A DNA stretch of 62,607 nt, filler included, from Platydemus manokwari (lineage: Eukaryota): the NCBI GenBank assembly GCA_037951405.1. It is 5 parts of 5 records of this genome, joined end to end, with 100 filler letters (N's around TTAATTAATTAA, not from the genome) between each part and the next. Parts side by side here need not be neighbours in the genome. Positions count along the whole stretch, not along the records: positions 33,710 to 52,393 come from JBBMOY010222228.1; 4 more parts are not named here. One strand, written 5' to 3'. The notes under the pieces are model-generated. The model had not been told where the DNA came from. It did not search any database and saw only the letters and a list, made by a program, of their open reading frames with translations. Position 1 is the first letter of the stretch. Each line of letters starts with the position of its first letter. Shown piece after piece: positions 36,518 through 50,394 of this stretch. The position numbers and the translations under genes are program-made.

Positions 36518-38768
36518 CACATAACGCAAACTGAAATGTTTTTAATATGATTTTAATAAATATTTAAATAAAATTTTCTTTAACCCAATCATAAAATTAT
36601 TATTGTTGTGTGATAATTTGTTATCATTATTGACTATTGTTTTTCTTATGATTTCCTTTGCTATTCTTTATCAAACCATGAGAAACAAAAGAAATTCTTA
36701 AAAATTCTTAGAGAAATATCAAAATAGTTTCAGTTTTTTCTACTTAGAGGCTACTTTTTCGAAAAATACAAAATATTAATTATTAAAAAAATATGCACAA
36801 AGCGCCCAACACCGCCAATATCAGTTGAACATGTCGTACGTCATTGATTCGTCACTTAAAATAACCACAGAAAACTTATGAATGATATAAAACCACGACA
36901 CACATTTTCATAGCCATTCATTCTGAATTTCTTTGAACCATAATTGGCCAAATTTTTCATTGAAAATCAATACAAAGTAAACTTATAATGGTTTATTTTA
37001 CTGCTTTATTTATTTAACTATACAAATACATAAAGTAACTCTATTTTCTTATTTATCAATTGTGAAACTGTAGATTTGCTTTGTTGTGGGTGGATTTTAT
37101 TTTGTCACTCATTCCGACCAATGAGAGAATCTCATTTCCCTTTTAAATGACTCATTAACCAAATTAGGTTGATAATCCTAGAATAAAGGATTTGTGAACT
37201 GTAAAACATAAAACGATTAAAAATATTCAACAACAATTTCTCCAGGACACGGTTCGAGAAAATAACCTTCATTAAAATTAAAGATTTATTATATCATTTA
37301 AAACAGAAGTTTTGTGTCCATTTTATTCTCGAACTTTGCTATGAAATTAAATTGATTTATGTTTTCAAAATTGGCATTGAGCCATAAATGCATGGGAGGG
37401 TTTTTGTAAAAGTTTTACGAATATTTCAGTTCACATTGCCATTGATCAGACATGATTTTTTATCTATATCAATAATCAGGAGTACCCATCAACAGTTATT
37501 AATTTAAAGCGGTTTTTTGGATTGTGTGTGTGATACTTATCAGTGGATGAAACCACGAAATAGATCTATCAGTCAATAAGCCAGTTCTGCATTTTAACGT
37601 AAAAACTTGATATCGAATTCAACAAAAAAATATTAAATTGCCCCTTTGTGAGGTATATATATATTCTCAAGTTGCCATAGATAATGTACACGTGCTTTAA
37701 GTAATTGTAAAGTCGATGTTTATTCAAATACATTCCTTTTTTGAAATATAATAGAATCTGCAGACATTATTTTATTCTTTTGTCGGTACCCGGTTAGGGG
37801 ACTGCTAACAATGACAAACAAACGAATCGCGTAGACTTCTAGTCTAGTGTTTGTATACATATCACTTCAATTGATCTTCTCACTTCGATAACTGACAACT
37901 CGATTGATGTTTTTCTTTCCAGTTTAAACAAATTCGAATTAATTATGATGGATAAATTAAAGTCTGAAGTAATGATATCATATATAATATCCTATATCCT
38001 ATAATATCCCATATGATATCCTATGTGGTGCTTGAATCATGAAAACCCGTTTTAGACACAGTCGACACATCGTATAAGAGGTGTGTGTGTGCGTGTATCG
38101 TAGATCCCAACCATTAAAATTCAAAAATACTCTTAAAACAAGATTTTCCATTGTTAGTCGGGATGATTTTTTGTCTAAAGATTCAGAGCTAACACATTTT
38201 ATTATACATTCTTCTCTTAATCACGTGTTGGTTCAATTGTAGTATAGACAGAGTTCACTCATAACCCAAATATTTCCCAATATTTTAATTTTTGATTTGT
38301 TGACAATATTTATGAGCACCTTTAAATTAGACTCCCAAATGAATAATGTTGAAGTTATATTTTTCTATTTGGCACATATAAAACCTGGTGAACCTTTGCA
38401 ATTTCTTGGAAGAAAATTTTAAAAAATCGATATTGTTTATCATTATATTAATAAAACCGTTGGTATTATATATGTTGTACTAATGTTACCATATCAACAA
38501 ACTTATAGTAGCTAATATCAAGGTCACCTTTTGTTTTATGTTTTTGTTGGAATTTATCCAGTATTAATTTTTCATTGATATATCGTAGCCAAAAGATATC
38601 CATATGATTACAATATTACATTTTCTTTTGATGAACTGGGAGAACATATTATCGATTGTCATTTGTGAATAAACTTCCATTTGTAATAAGCATTACTATT
38701 GGGGTTTTATTTATTATATTGTTTTTTCATTAAATTCTTTCTCATCTTCGTTATTTGTATATTTTCAG

Positions 38769-38861
38769 CAAAATCAAAGGCACGTAGTAACGAATAAAGA
38801 AGTGGCGAACAAATTACGTACGCTTCGCACTCCTGGACTTCATTACAATACAGAATCATTG
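38769..38861 (+). CDS. Probable protocadherin cytoplasmic exon 4 (93 nt, phase 0/0)
   Basis: attttcag|QNQRHVVTNKEVANKLRTLRTPGLHYNTESL|gtgaga. Confidence 0.6.
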
Positions 38862-40069
38862 GTGAGAAAAGTTATTTTTAAATCCAAATGAGATTAATAT
38901 TAATTAAAATGCATTGAGATTGTATTTCAAAACTGGAACTACCTGCATTATTCGTCACTTTGTCTAATATTGAAATAAATAAATTTCTAATAATATAGAA
39001 ATAAGCTTCATTTAATGTAGGAATGAAAATTTTTTTCGGTAAATTTAATACAGGTTTTTATTAGTTGAATGTAATATTAGAAATAAATATAAAAATCGAA
39101 CAACGATAGTTATATCATAAAAATAAATTTTAATTGGAAACAATATTTATTGCCAATGAATTAGGCTACTGGTTGGTTGTTCTAGTGTTATCAATGATAA
39201 TAATATTGACTATAATGATACTAATAGAAATAATAATAATAATAATAATTTAAAATACAAAATTCAGTTATTAATAAGACACACACAGCATGATATATAT
39301 ACAATCACCATAAAAAATCTAATATTAACAGTAATATAATCAATAATAATTTATATCTTTAACAATGACTTCAATTCGCTGGGTAGTGATTATTGAATAT
39401 TTAGTTTTCTGTCTTTAAAAAATTAATCTATTATTAATATTCTAGTTTTTCACCAATTACTGAATGTACGCCTGTCTATTGTTAATAATGTGCCACAATC
39501 GATATTTCAATGTTGATCTGGTATTATTAGAATCGACTATTGAAATTCCATATGAAATAATGATTCATACCACAATTAAAAATGACGTCAATTGACAACT
39601 AGTAATTGACCTTATGAATTGATTGGAAAATAAATATTCGTGAAGATTTTATTGTTTACGAGTGAATAATTTTTTATTAAAAAAAATTCCGGTAATGTTG
39701 TTTTGGCTTGAAAATTTGACATGGAACTGATTTTAATTAAATTTTCATTCTAATATGTTTTCCTTGTTTTGTTTTCGTTTTGGATTTTTTTGACGTGGAT
39801 CAAAGTATCTGACTCTCACTGCCATTCGCTGATCATTATTATAATTATAATTTGCCAATATTCAAGTATTCACTGCACTCACACCAATACTTTAAATTGC
39901 TTATGAGGAAATTATGATTATAATTATTGTGTAGAAGAAAATATTGATTTTTCCCTTTAAGTTGTTGTGAAAATTGTCTTGTATTTACAATTATATTATA
40001 AAAGTAACCATGAATGAAGAGATAATAATTTTCTGATGTATTTGTTATCATAACATATCTACTTTCCAG

Positions 40070-40465
40070 AAACCGATTTTGAAAAACACTTCAGCATCGC
40101 AAGGCGTTAGAGAAAATGTAGCTATTATGAAGTCCAGATTACAACAATCTTCTGATATTGAAAATGAAGAAATCCAACTACCTCCTCCACAAACGTTAAT
40201 CACACGACCGATCGGTTCGCGTTACGTATTGCCGATTACCACTCGCACTGATTTTCATAACAAATCATTACCGCAGAGTAATAGTTTTGATGCTTCAATA
40301 CAACTTCGAGGAATGTCATTGAAATGTCGTTCCGGTCCATCTAAACCAATTTTAGGTATCAGAGAACCGAGTGTAAGAGAATCCAGAAAAAAGGATCCGT
40401 CAATAGTTAAAGCATCGACATCTGAAGAAGATTTCTGTCCACCACCACCTATCTCATTTCAGTGA
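40070..40465 (+). CDS. Probable protocadherin terminal exon 5, S/P/R-rich, ending EEDFCPPPPISFQ
   Basis: Acceptor actttccag (phase 0), in frame with the 128-aa ORF. AATAAA is at ~40711. Confidence 0.65.
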   Translation, partial: KPILKNTSASQGVRENVAIMKSRLQQSSDIENEEIQLPPPQTLITRPIGSRYVLPITTRTDFHNKSLPQSNSFDASIQLRGMSLKCRSGPSKPILGIREPSVRESRKKDPSIVKASTSEEDFCPPPPISFQ

Positions 40466-41539
40466 CATCGTCATACGTTCATATTTTTGCAATCTGTTCT
40501 CTCCTCTCGATCTCTGTCACACTTATGGATTGTTTGCTAGTTTAAAGAAAATTTACAATTTTTTTATATTTCGAAAATATCGTAAGCAATTCACCGGCAA
40601 ACAGTGCATATCAAGCAATGATGAATCGAAATTTGTTGTCATTTAGCCTTTGAGAATTTGGCTGTGAAATTATTTTGTGTATTTTTGCCTTTTATTTTTC
40701 AGTATTTCACAATAAAAACCTACAGACGTTGTGTCACTGAATTCTTCGCGATGCATGGAATCGAGAATTTTCCCTCGATTAAATGGTAGAAAACAAAAAT
40801 AAATCTAAATCAATGCACCTTAGGAAATCAGTGAATTTATACAAAAATATTGAGCTTCAATTGATTTTTTTTTCTATGTTTTAAGATAAAAGATAAATCT
40901 ATTTTTATCTAGATAATTTTTTTCAAAACATGTGCGATTGTTAACATTAGATGGTATTCGTAATCTATTTTTTCATAGTAGCTATATGATATAATGCCGA
41001 TATTATCTTGTAATTATTATCAAGATTATGGTGACTTCGTGAAATGAATTTTTGAACTTGATTTGGTATATATATTATTGCGCTAAGAGAAATATATAAT
41101 TATATTGATCATTTTATGCTTTTCCGTTCAAATATATATATATATAAATTTATACATAGAAAGATGATGTGATATTTGTTTTAATACACGGTTTTAATTG
41201 GTTGGTTTTTTGTCGATATATGAAATCATAAAATATCTCAATTGTTAATTTTGAATGAGCAAATAGTCTAGTAAAATTACCCAATGAATAGTTTTGATGA
41301 ATGTTGAGTGATTAAATGTTCAAGTTATTGTTTAACTTAACTATTTAGAAATCTTGTAAGATAATTAAAATGTTTAATATATCATTCTGGTGATAATTCT
41401 TAGAGGATATACATATTCATATAATTTGCTGTGCTATCGACGATGTTAATTACCATAAAAAATTACATCTAAATAAAATACTGCACATTAATTTTGAATA
41501 AGATGTTTAGAAAATGAAAACAATTTATGATGTTTTAAA

Positions 41540-41821
41540 CACATTGCCTGACAGTAGGAACAAATGAAGTTCGAAATTTAACACTATATGTGCGTACTTA
41601 AGCTGCAAGGCGTGTAATCGGTGATAAACAAAAGTCAACCCCGAAAGAATTGTTTCCAAAACATGACACTATTCTTCTTTTTGTACGCCGGTAAATGCAC
41701 ATTTGTACCGCTATAGCCGCATTTTCCAAAAAATACCGTTTCGTTTTAGACGGCTATTGCCGTCATGCCATATAGTGAACTTCCTTTGGTACGCTTATAG
41801 ACGCAAGTGTCCGTCAACGTG
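41540..41821. mobile_element. piggyBac-like MITE
   Basis: GC-elevated island with imperfect TIRs cacattgcctgaca / tgtccgtcaacgtg. The right end is followed by TTAA and the left end is preceded by TTAAA. Confidence 0.5.
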
Positions 41822-43559
41822 TTAATATTCATTACTAAGGTTAGAATTATTTACAAATATCGTTTAGCTCTTTGGTAAATCAGGTTGGTGTGATACTCTA
41901 CCCCTATATATACTGAAATTGACTTGTATATCTAGTAAAAAATATATCATTTTACCTATAAATAAAGACATAAATAATTTTGATAAAAATAGATGCATTA
42001 AATTCCAAAAATAGCATCAATTTAATTAAATATTGTAATTTAGAAATTAAAGTAATAACAAACTCAAAATGGTATTACAAAAAACATCAAAAATATTAAA
42101 AAAGTAAACAAAGAAAAAAAATAGATGAATGTGTGGTCATGATATGAGTGGCAGACCTTAGAAAAACTAATTAGAAAATTGAGTTTATCAAATAATTTCT
42201 AACAAAATCTAGAAACCGATCTTGTAAATCATTGCAATTAGAATTTCTCGGTACCGATAGTGTAATTTATTCAAGAATTAATACCACGAAAATCCATACA
42301 ATCTGCCTGTAACTATATTTCAAAGCTACCCCTATTGTGAGGTTTATTTAAAAATACGATAAATAATTAAAATTTACATAGGATTAAAATTATTAAAAAA
42401 TTAACCAAAAGACATTTTCAAAAAATTATATCAAAAATTAATATAGCATATTAATATTTATAAAATGGATCTTGCTTGAAAGATACTGTTAAATTCTCAG
42501 CTTTAAACTTATTAACAGTATTAAAAGGAAAAATTAAAAATAAGATGTAATATAAAAATGTGGGCATTTTTATCTTTAAATTAAAAATGAAGATAAATCA
42601 GATGGAAATAATTTTAAATTTAATATTTAAAATTAGGTTTGAAAATTGATGTATTGACGAATAGATTTTTTGTTGTGTTGTAAACATGACTTTTGATTTG
42701 AATATCAAGAATGAAAAAAAATTGGCAACTAAGACCGATAATCATCAAGAGAGAAAGGACATTGATAATCAAGATGCTTACAGATGATTTCTTTGAAAAA
42801 TCCAGGACATACCGTTATTTCTTTGCAGTAATCAACAATCATCAAAACGAATTTCCGGCAAGTGGCGAAGTAAAATTTGTTTCATTTCCTAAAAACTAGA
42901 TAAATTCTATAGCTTGAACCCCGTTCAAATTTAGTTAAATATATTATTAAGCTTAGCGTTATTCTGGCATATTTTTCCTCAAATAGAGTGAAGAAGAGTG
43001 CATCACATAAATTGTTGATCACATCAAATGACTAATTATGACTAATTAAATTTTTTTGTATTCATGTTTTGTTTCTAGTCGATTTTATTACACCCTGTAA
43101 CACTTGTATTATTATAACATATTGTATCGAAAATCAGTATTGTCCTCATTGATTTTTTGTTTATTTTAAAATCCAGTCAACCTGCCAACTGTGTAGTTTA
43201 TTGTTCAACTTAAATTCTATAGTAACTATTAGTTTATGCCTGTGTATATTCGAGAGGTTGACTTTAAACTTAATTTCTACCATTTTGGACCCAACACGTG
43301 ACTTACATTTCGAGTTCATTTGTGTAAAACAGTAGCGAAACATAATAATTTACAAATATAATCTCTGAATATAACACTAATAATTCTAAACGACAAAGAT
43401 TTCTCTCATTAAAAGAAATTGATACGTACCGTGATGCGATTATTTAACTTTAATCATTATTTAGAGGCATTTCTTTCAAGTCGTTTAGAGCTTTTAACAT
43501 AAAATGACATATGAATCAATAGAGATTTTCAATGATGAAGAATAGGTATTATTAAAACC

Positions 43560-46500
43560 TCACAATTTCTGGTTTTTATAAAAAATAAAGAAATTATATT
43601 ATATATATGGAGCAAAGAAGGTCTGAAGGACCAGACTACTACAATCCAATTTTAGGAAAACCTGACCTCAGATATTTGGATATATGCTGAAAATCAGCCA
43701 TAAATTTCAACTTATAAGGATAAAGAAACAAGCAAATAAGACGATCTTCGACCATGAATGAAAAGTCAAAAGAGGGAAGCAACTAATGTGAATTCCTGAT
43801 AACTGCCAAAAAGATACATTTGAAATCAGGAAATCATTAGCAAAATGATTGGCAAACAACTTTACAAATGAAACAGTATATGAAGTGCTCAGCAAATTCG
43901 ATGAATTCATTCGCTTTGTCTGAACAATTAAATCACCAAGTATCTGATATTTGGGTAGAGTCAATAATAAAAAAGAGGTGAAGGTGACATGAAATCAAGG
44001 AGACTGTTTAATCCCTCTATCTGTTGCCTTTTAATTAACCACGTAGTACACAAAAGCTGACTGTCTATCTACTAAAAAAAGACCTCGAAAAACATTTCAA
44101 GAAAAAAAAAGCAAAAAACAGAACTTTCTGAATGGGAGGAATTATGCATAAGAGCATGTAAAACTTATCGTTCACCAAAGAAAGTTAATAAAAGGGGCCG
44201 AAACTTTGATTTCAGCAGAATAGAACCAGAAACAATTTTTGCAACCCTTTGCAAAAAGGACCCAATTTCTTCTATAATAAACAAGTTCAACTATAAAGAT
44301 ATTATATTTGCAGATAATAATCATAAACCAGATTTTCCCAAAATGCCTAGATAACCAAGAAATATTAGACGATTGGAAAACATATGCAACAACGATGATA
44401 CCGAAACTAATGAAAGTGGGTTACTGTCATTAAGTCAGCTCCTGCGGCTCTATTGCTCTGTTCAACTGCAGATAAAAATTTTTCACAACTTTACTGTGCA
44501 AGCAACTGAAGAATTAGATTGATGAAAACAACTTAGTGCATCTAATACAGAAGAGCATAGGTCCAAGTGACAAGTGTACAGAACATATTTTTTTATTTCA
44601 ACCCATTATAGAAGAACACAGAAAGAAAAATATCCATAACGTTTACACCGGATTCGTGGATATCGAAGAAGCCTTCCCTCATTAGGTTTTGAAGAGATGT
44701 TCACAATTCTTGAACATATTGTCCTGACTGAAACTGCCATGAAAATCATACAATGCCTGTACAAAAACTGTCAAACTTCTCTTAAATGCGGAGAGAATGA
44801 AACGAAACCAATCAAAATTGAGAGGGGGAGTCCGATATAGCTGTTTAATCTATATGCTTTTATTCAATATAGCCATCAATCCAATATTGGTATTGCAAAT
44901 CATCGAATTTCATGCCTCGTCTATGCAGATAACACAGTCATTGTTGCAAAAAACAAAAATGGAGTCCAAATAATTATTAAGAAAGCATTAACTCTCAGTT
45001 TCCAACTTGGTTTCAAGTTCAGGCCCTCAAAATGTGGGTACCTACACAACCTAAGAGCAAGTACTAACACGGAAGAACTCATAGGCTACAATAAGAAAAT
45101 CTTTACAATCAGTCTAAAAGAGCACTATCACTACATAGAAGTGAATTTCTCTTTGAAGTTACATAATACAACTGAAGGACTATTCGCAGACAAGGAAACT
45201 CTGATGAGTAAACTAGAAAAATGCATTTTACTACAATGGCAGAATCTAAGGCCCTTTGTGTTGTTTGTACACTCCAAAGTAACCTAGACGAGAAATTAAT
45301 ATATCACTCATAATGGACTACTACATTTCGCTGTGATGATAATAAAATATCGGAATAATAATCCTTGGAGTACCGAAATTTTGTTCATCGAATTACCTCT
45401 ACTCAACGAAATCAAATGGTGGCTGTGGAGTACAGCAAATGACCGAGGAGTACACAGTACAATCGATCATCCATGCTTACCAACTATTATCGAGCAAACG
45501 TGAAATAATTAGGATAACTGTCATACACTTCTCGTACAAAAGTGCTGAAGTGAATAACCAAGCTGAGTCAATCCAGTAAGCATTTGAATGGGTCAATTCG
45601 TGCATTCTACCAAATGAAAGAAGCAAAAGATGGCGGGACAAAATAAGAGAGACCATAAAATATACCTCCAAAAAAATATATACCACAATTTCTTTCCTTC
45701 TACTAAACTTTACAATCAATGGCTCCATTACGAAAGGACCGCCATTGTGGCATCAAAGAAAATCAAAGAAACAGCAAAACTACTGACACAATGTTTTATG
45801 CGATTGTTCCAATTAAACGCTATAATAGCTACTCAGGAGATATTAGTCCAATGTAGTCAAAAGTATTGTTGAATTCAGATTTATTCATAACGCACGGATA
45901 GACAACCTTCCCACTCTGAATAAAAAGTACATGAGAGGGATGACATAAAGAAATTGCTTATATGCAGTGGAATTACAAACTCATGTTTCCACCACACTCT
46001 TTTGTACTCTATCAGCAGGATAGAATCTTGGATATCCTGGCCAAGAAAATTGTTACCAACATGGATAACAAATTCTTTGGATAGAAAAAATGTCAATTTA
46101 CGTAATCCAAATTATGAGTAAATCTTCAACTAATAAATGATAGAAAATCAACAATCATCCTAATCGATGTAAAATACCCCATGAACGATCTTGCTTTTAT
46201 GGCCTAAATAGCTCAAAAGAATATAGAAAAATACTCAGACTTGTGAAGTGCAATAAAAAAGTAGCCCGACTAGACTGTCGAACTGTTCAGTTTTATTGTA
46301 TAGGTTATAGGAACTTAGAAAACACAAGCCAAGGATACATTTCTAAAGAAAATAGGAATTAATAAGAAAAAGATGAACGAAATATAAATTCGAGCTACCT
46401 GAAATGAAGTTTCCAGAAGGGAAACAGGAGGCACTTCAAAAATAGGGGAAGAGGATATCCCAAACAACATCAATTAGAAAGCAGATTCAGAATTGATTGA

Positions 46501-46630
46501 AACACTGAATTGATTGTATGATTGAGCTAGTGAACTGTGATTCATGGAACGATCGAAAGAAAGATCCATGTACTTCCAATATAATTATGTATGGGTATCT
46601 CGATTATTAACGTTTATGAATAAATTTGTA
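43560..46630 (+). mobile_element. Decayed non-LTR retrotransposon with RT and C-terminal restriction-like endonuclease (R2/NeSL/R4-type)
   Basis: Ordered motifs across frameshifts: DDWKTYATTMIPK (~44370), SIALFN, KCTEHIFL, GFVDIEEAF (~44650), PIKIERG..LLFNIAINP, CLVYADNTVIVA (~44915), LGFKFRPSKCG, GGCG (~45420), TIILIDVKYP and KYSDL (~46150-46245). Ends are approximate. Confidence 0.85.
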
Positions 46631-48355
46631 ATATAAGTACAAAAAACAGACTATCTCATTTGATAATGTTTGTCAACTTAAACCGTGAGTTGATACTAAA
46701 TTTAGTACTAATCTGTAAATGTTGGTAAAAATAGGAACAAATGATGCAATGCACATAAGAAACGATATAAACGCGACTGAAGTCAGTCACTCCTCGCACA
46801 AATTTGAGTCGAACGAAATTGTAAGGAATTAATATCATCATGAAATTTTAATCGAAATTCAAGAAATTTATTTGAAGAAATTTAATTATCATTATTTTTG
46901 ATCATTCTGTTTGAATCCCCGACATTTATTATTGATCCCTAGATATATTACGAAGCCATTATAAGTAATTTTTTGTTGATATTTTAAATAATTCCGGCCC
47001 CCACGACTGTCAGTAGTCTTGAACTCGTTTTTGTTTCCACATTCATTTATTATGAAAAGGCTTATCCGGCCACTATAGATGGCACGTCCTTCATTATTTT
47101 CGTGAGGTTGCTTTACGTCTGTGAGGATTTATAATAAATTTAAATTTAACAAGTTTTAAAATCAGATATAAATGAAGTATTTATTTGTTTGAAAAATAAT
47201 AATTAAAATGTAATTTGATGTCATGACTTTTCAGTTAGTTTTCAATATGTGCTTCATTAAATAGTAGCGGCTTACAATAGAGCTATTATTTATCCTCTAG
47301 GTGTTTATATTTATATCATAATTAATTATATCAAATATATTTTACTGCTTTGTCTCGGTTGCTATTGTTTGTCATATAATTAGTATTTATATTTTTAAAT
47401 ATTATTGATTACAATATCAGGATAATTATCACCACTAACAACCTTTGACTATTGGAGCCCAGATAATAAAGTTAAAGATTTTAAACCCTTCTGATTAATT
47501 TCCATATCAATTTCCACATCATCACAATTTAAATCATAAAACTTGATATAAAATTATCAAGCCTTTAACCGTAATAAACAAAGTTGAGTAAACAAAATCA
47601 ATCGTGTATTTATTCATATGCTGTCGCTTTTCATTTACCAAACTGTTTTCTGTGTATTTGGTTCATTCAATTTATCAACTATGTAGTACCGTCTCATTTG
47701 ATAAATAATATCACTTATTTATCAGATCACTTGATTTGAGTATTACTTGCACTAAAAAAATTTAAAAGAATAAGGTATTTAAAGCCGACTTGAAATTAAA
47801 AGCTGCGAATAAAAGTAAAAATATTAACATTATTTGATACTGATCAAAATTTGCTAATGCCACACCAAATAATCCTCATATTTTTGGGTTGCATAGAGGA
47901 AAAAATAAGAAAATGTTTATACAGCTGATTTATTAGCATCGTGGTTGGACAGACATAACATGTTTAGACGGGCAATTTATTGTCGCTGCGTTTGGACGAA
48001 TTCAGAACCTAATCAAGTCTTTATCGATTGATATGAAAACATTCGAGAAAAAACACAAACCATTAGGATAAAGAACAAGTAATTTTAATTGTTTTTCAAT
48101 AAAATTAGGATATTCATTTAAAACATGAACATTTTTCAATGATATTGCAAAATGGAAATTCCGTTTTACATCATTAGGTGAGTTTATATCGTTCCTTGAA
48201 TCTGATTAAAATGTGTTGACGCAATTATCAAACTGAATCCTCATAACGACAATCGTGGAAATGCTTTATCGATCCGAGTGAATAACATCAAATAAAGAAT
48301 TAAAACAAAAATTTATCATTAAAATAAAATCAAATCAGAAGCCAAAAAATTTATT

Positions 48356-50394
48356 TTATCGTTTAAATAAATCTCGAAATTGCTTCGATGATCCATAAGC
48401 AACACCTGAACCAATTGTAGTTGTAGCACAAATCAATCTGGAAAAATAGACCAATCAAAATTAAATTCACTAAAACCAATAGCAACAGTTTTTAATATTA
48501 AAACAAATTCCAATGTTTTAGCTTGTCGAATGTTTATTGGATTATTTACAAATTCTCATATCAACAATGCTCATGTTATCCGCTCAAAAATGGAACCAAT
48601 CAATAATGGAATAATCTACAAAATGCCCAAAGGGTCTCTAAATTTTATTTAAGTGTCGAAAATTTCACGTAAACCGATTTTCGTAGTTTTCATTACGGAA
48701 TTTTTCCTATCATACGGAACCGGTTCGGTATTCTTGTTGTAAGGGCTAATTTAATATGAGACCGAATCAGACAACGGTGCGGGAGTCTTCCGGCCAATGT
48801 TAAGTGATTATTAATATGAATAAAAAGTGGCCATCATCTCGCCAATGAGCAAATTGTTAAATGGTGAGTTCAACATTTTAACTGATATTAATAAGATGAG
48901 AAAGAATTTGGAACCAGATCGATAGGTGGGTGGAATAAGTAAAATCCAAGAGAATTAATTCGATCTTTGGAGATTAATAGGATTCTATCATGACTATCAG
49001 TGATTGTAAATTGATGACTCGCAAAAGTCTTCCCTGTCTGATCTACGACTCGGATAAATTCGTCTCTAAATGTCAGGATCGTTACCATGGGTTACACAAT
49101 GTTATTACATACATTAGTGTGGTTTATAAATATGAAAATGTACGTATTAAGTACAAAACCTGAATTATATAGCTAATAAACTATTGGGAATCAAGGAAGA
49201 CCAGTAAGGGATCAAATAATAAGGATATTCATAAGATATCATTATGGAATTATCACCATAGAAACCAATCGTTTCAAATTCATCACACTGTTGAAACAAA
49301 GTATTATTTTACATATATATAAATTGGAAAAGAAAAAACGAAAAAAAATAATTGCAAGAGAAAATTTCAATAAAAACCCATTGGTCCCGATTATAATTTT
49401 CGTAAATATATGATAGAACTCACTGCAAGGCGAACAAATACGGTGAATCGTGATATCCGAATATTGGGACACACATTGTCGAGCAGAGGAGTACGAATTG
49501 AAGAAGAGTGTTGACCTGTAAATGAATAGCTTTTATTTGAGCTGATTCATGGGAAATTCATTTTACCTTGCTAATCAATAACGGTTCAGCCATGGCCGAC
49601 TTGACTTTGGGATTGAAAACGTCTTGTAGCGAACCCTAGCACCGGAGATATTTACATTTGAAACTTCAATAATCATTAAACTAACGACTTTTTCCAGTGT
49701 TTTATATCGGAAATACGTAGCACCGAGAAATAGGATAATATCTCGCGATACGAATAAACCCATCAGGTAACCTGAAATGAGATATTTGATATTGGTAAAT
49801 ATATCCATGCTACTAGATATAGCGAACTTGGCAATAAATCTATGTACCACAGGCTCATGGATAAACTAAATACGAGAATTTTATCGGCAAACGGATCGAG
49901 AAAACTGCCAACAAGCGACTTTTGATTTTTGAAATTTCTCGCAATGAATCCATCAATCTTTTTATAACATGTTAATAAAATTCCAGATCTGTTATTTTAC
50001 CATATCAGACAACGCTGCGGTTGTCATTAATCCAAATGCCAATATATAATTTTCACTTATCAATTGGTATGAAATAATAGGAGCCATTCCTATTCGATAA
50101 ACGCAAAGTAAATTTGGAATTGTTACTATTCTCTGTGAAACACGGAAATTAACGCACACCAATGAGAAAAAATTTAACATTAGCTTCAGATGACTTAGAA
50201 TTTGTTGAATAAAAACATGATTGGGTGATAAATTTACGTCCTTGTGAAAAATCTGGAAAGTAGTGCAAATTCCACTAGGTATTAAAGTAAAACTTACAAA
50301 TTTAAAATAATGACTATACCGATGATTTATAAAAGTTTGCACATGATTTAAACTGGTTTTTCTTATAAAACTTTACGAGTCTGTGTGTTAACAT
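48356..50394 (-). CDS. CRLS1: Cardiolipin synthase (CDP-alcohol phosphatidyltransferase), complete 253-aa model. Exons 50394-50320, 50274-50179, 50132-50001, 49957-49828, 49771-49686, 49635-49567, 49515-49424, 48437-48356
   Basis: Phase-consistent GT-AG splicing gives [11 protein letters not shown], the motif [33 protein letters not shown]...YFRYKTL and PLLISKVNTLLQ. The basic N-terminus resembles a mitochondrial presequence. The first two exons are less certain. Confidence 0.93.

Noticed and set aside
48630-49000. Chain of micro-exons with ~30-nt introns (micro-exon gene)
   Set aside because: GT..AG pairs at this spacing arise by chance in such sequence, the introns are shorter than any supported intron here, and the product resembles nothing known.
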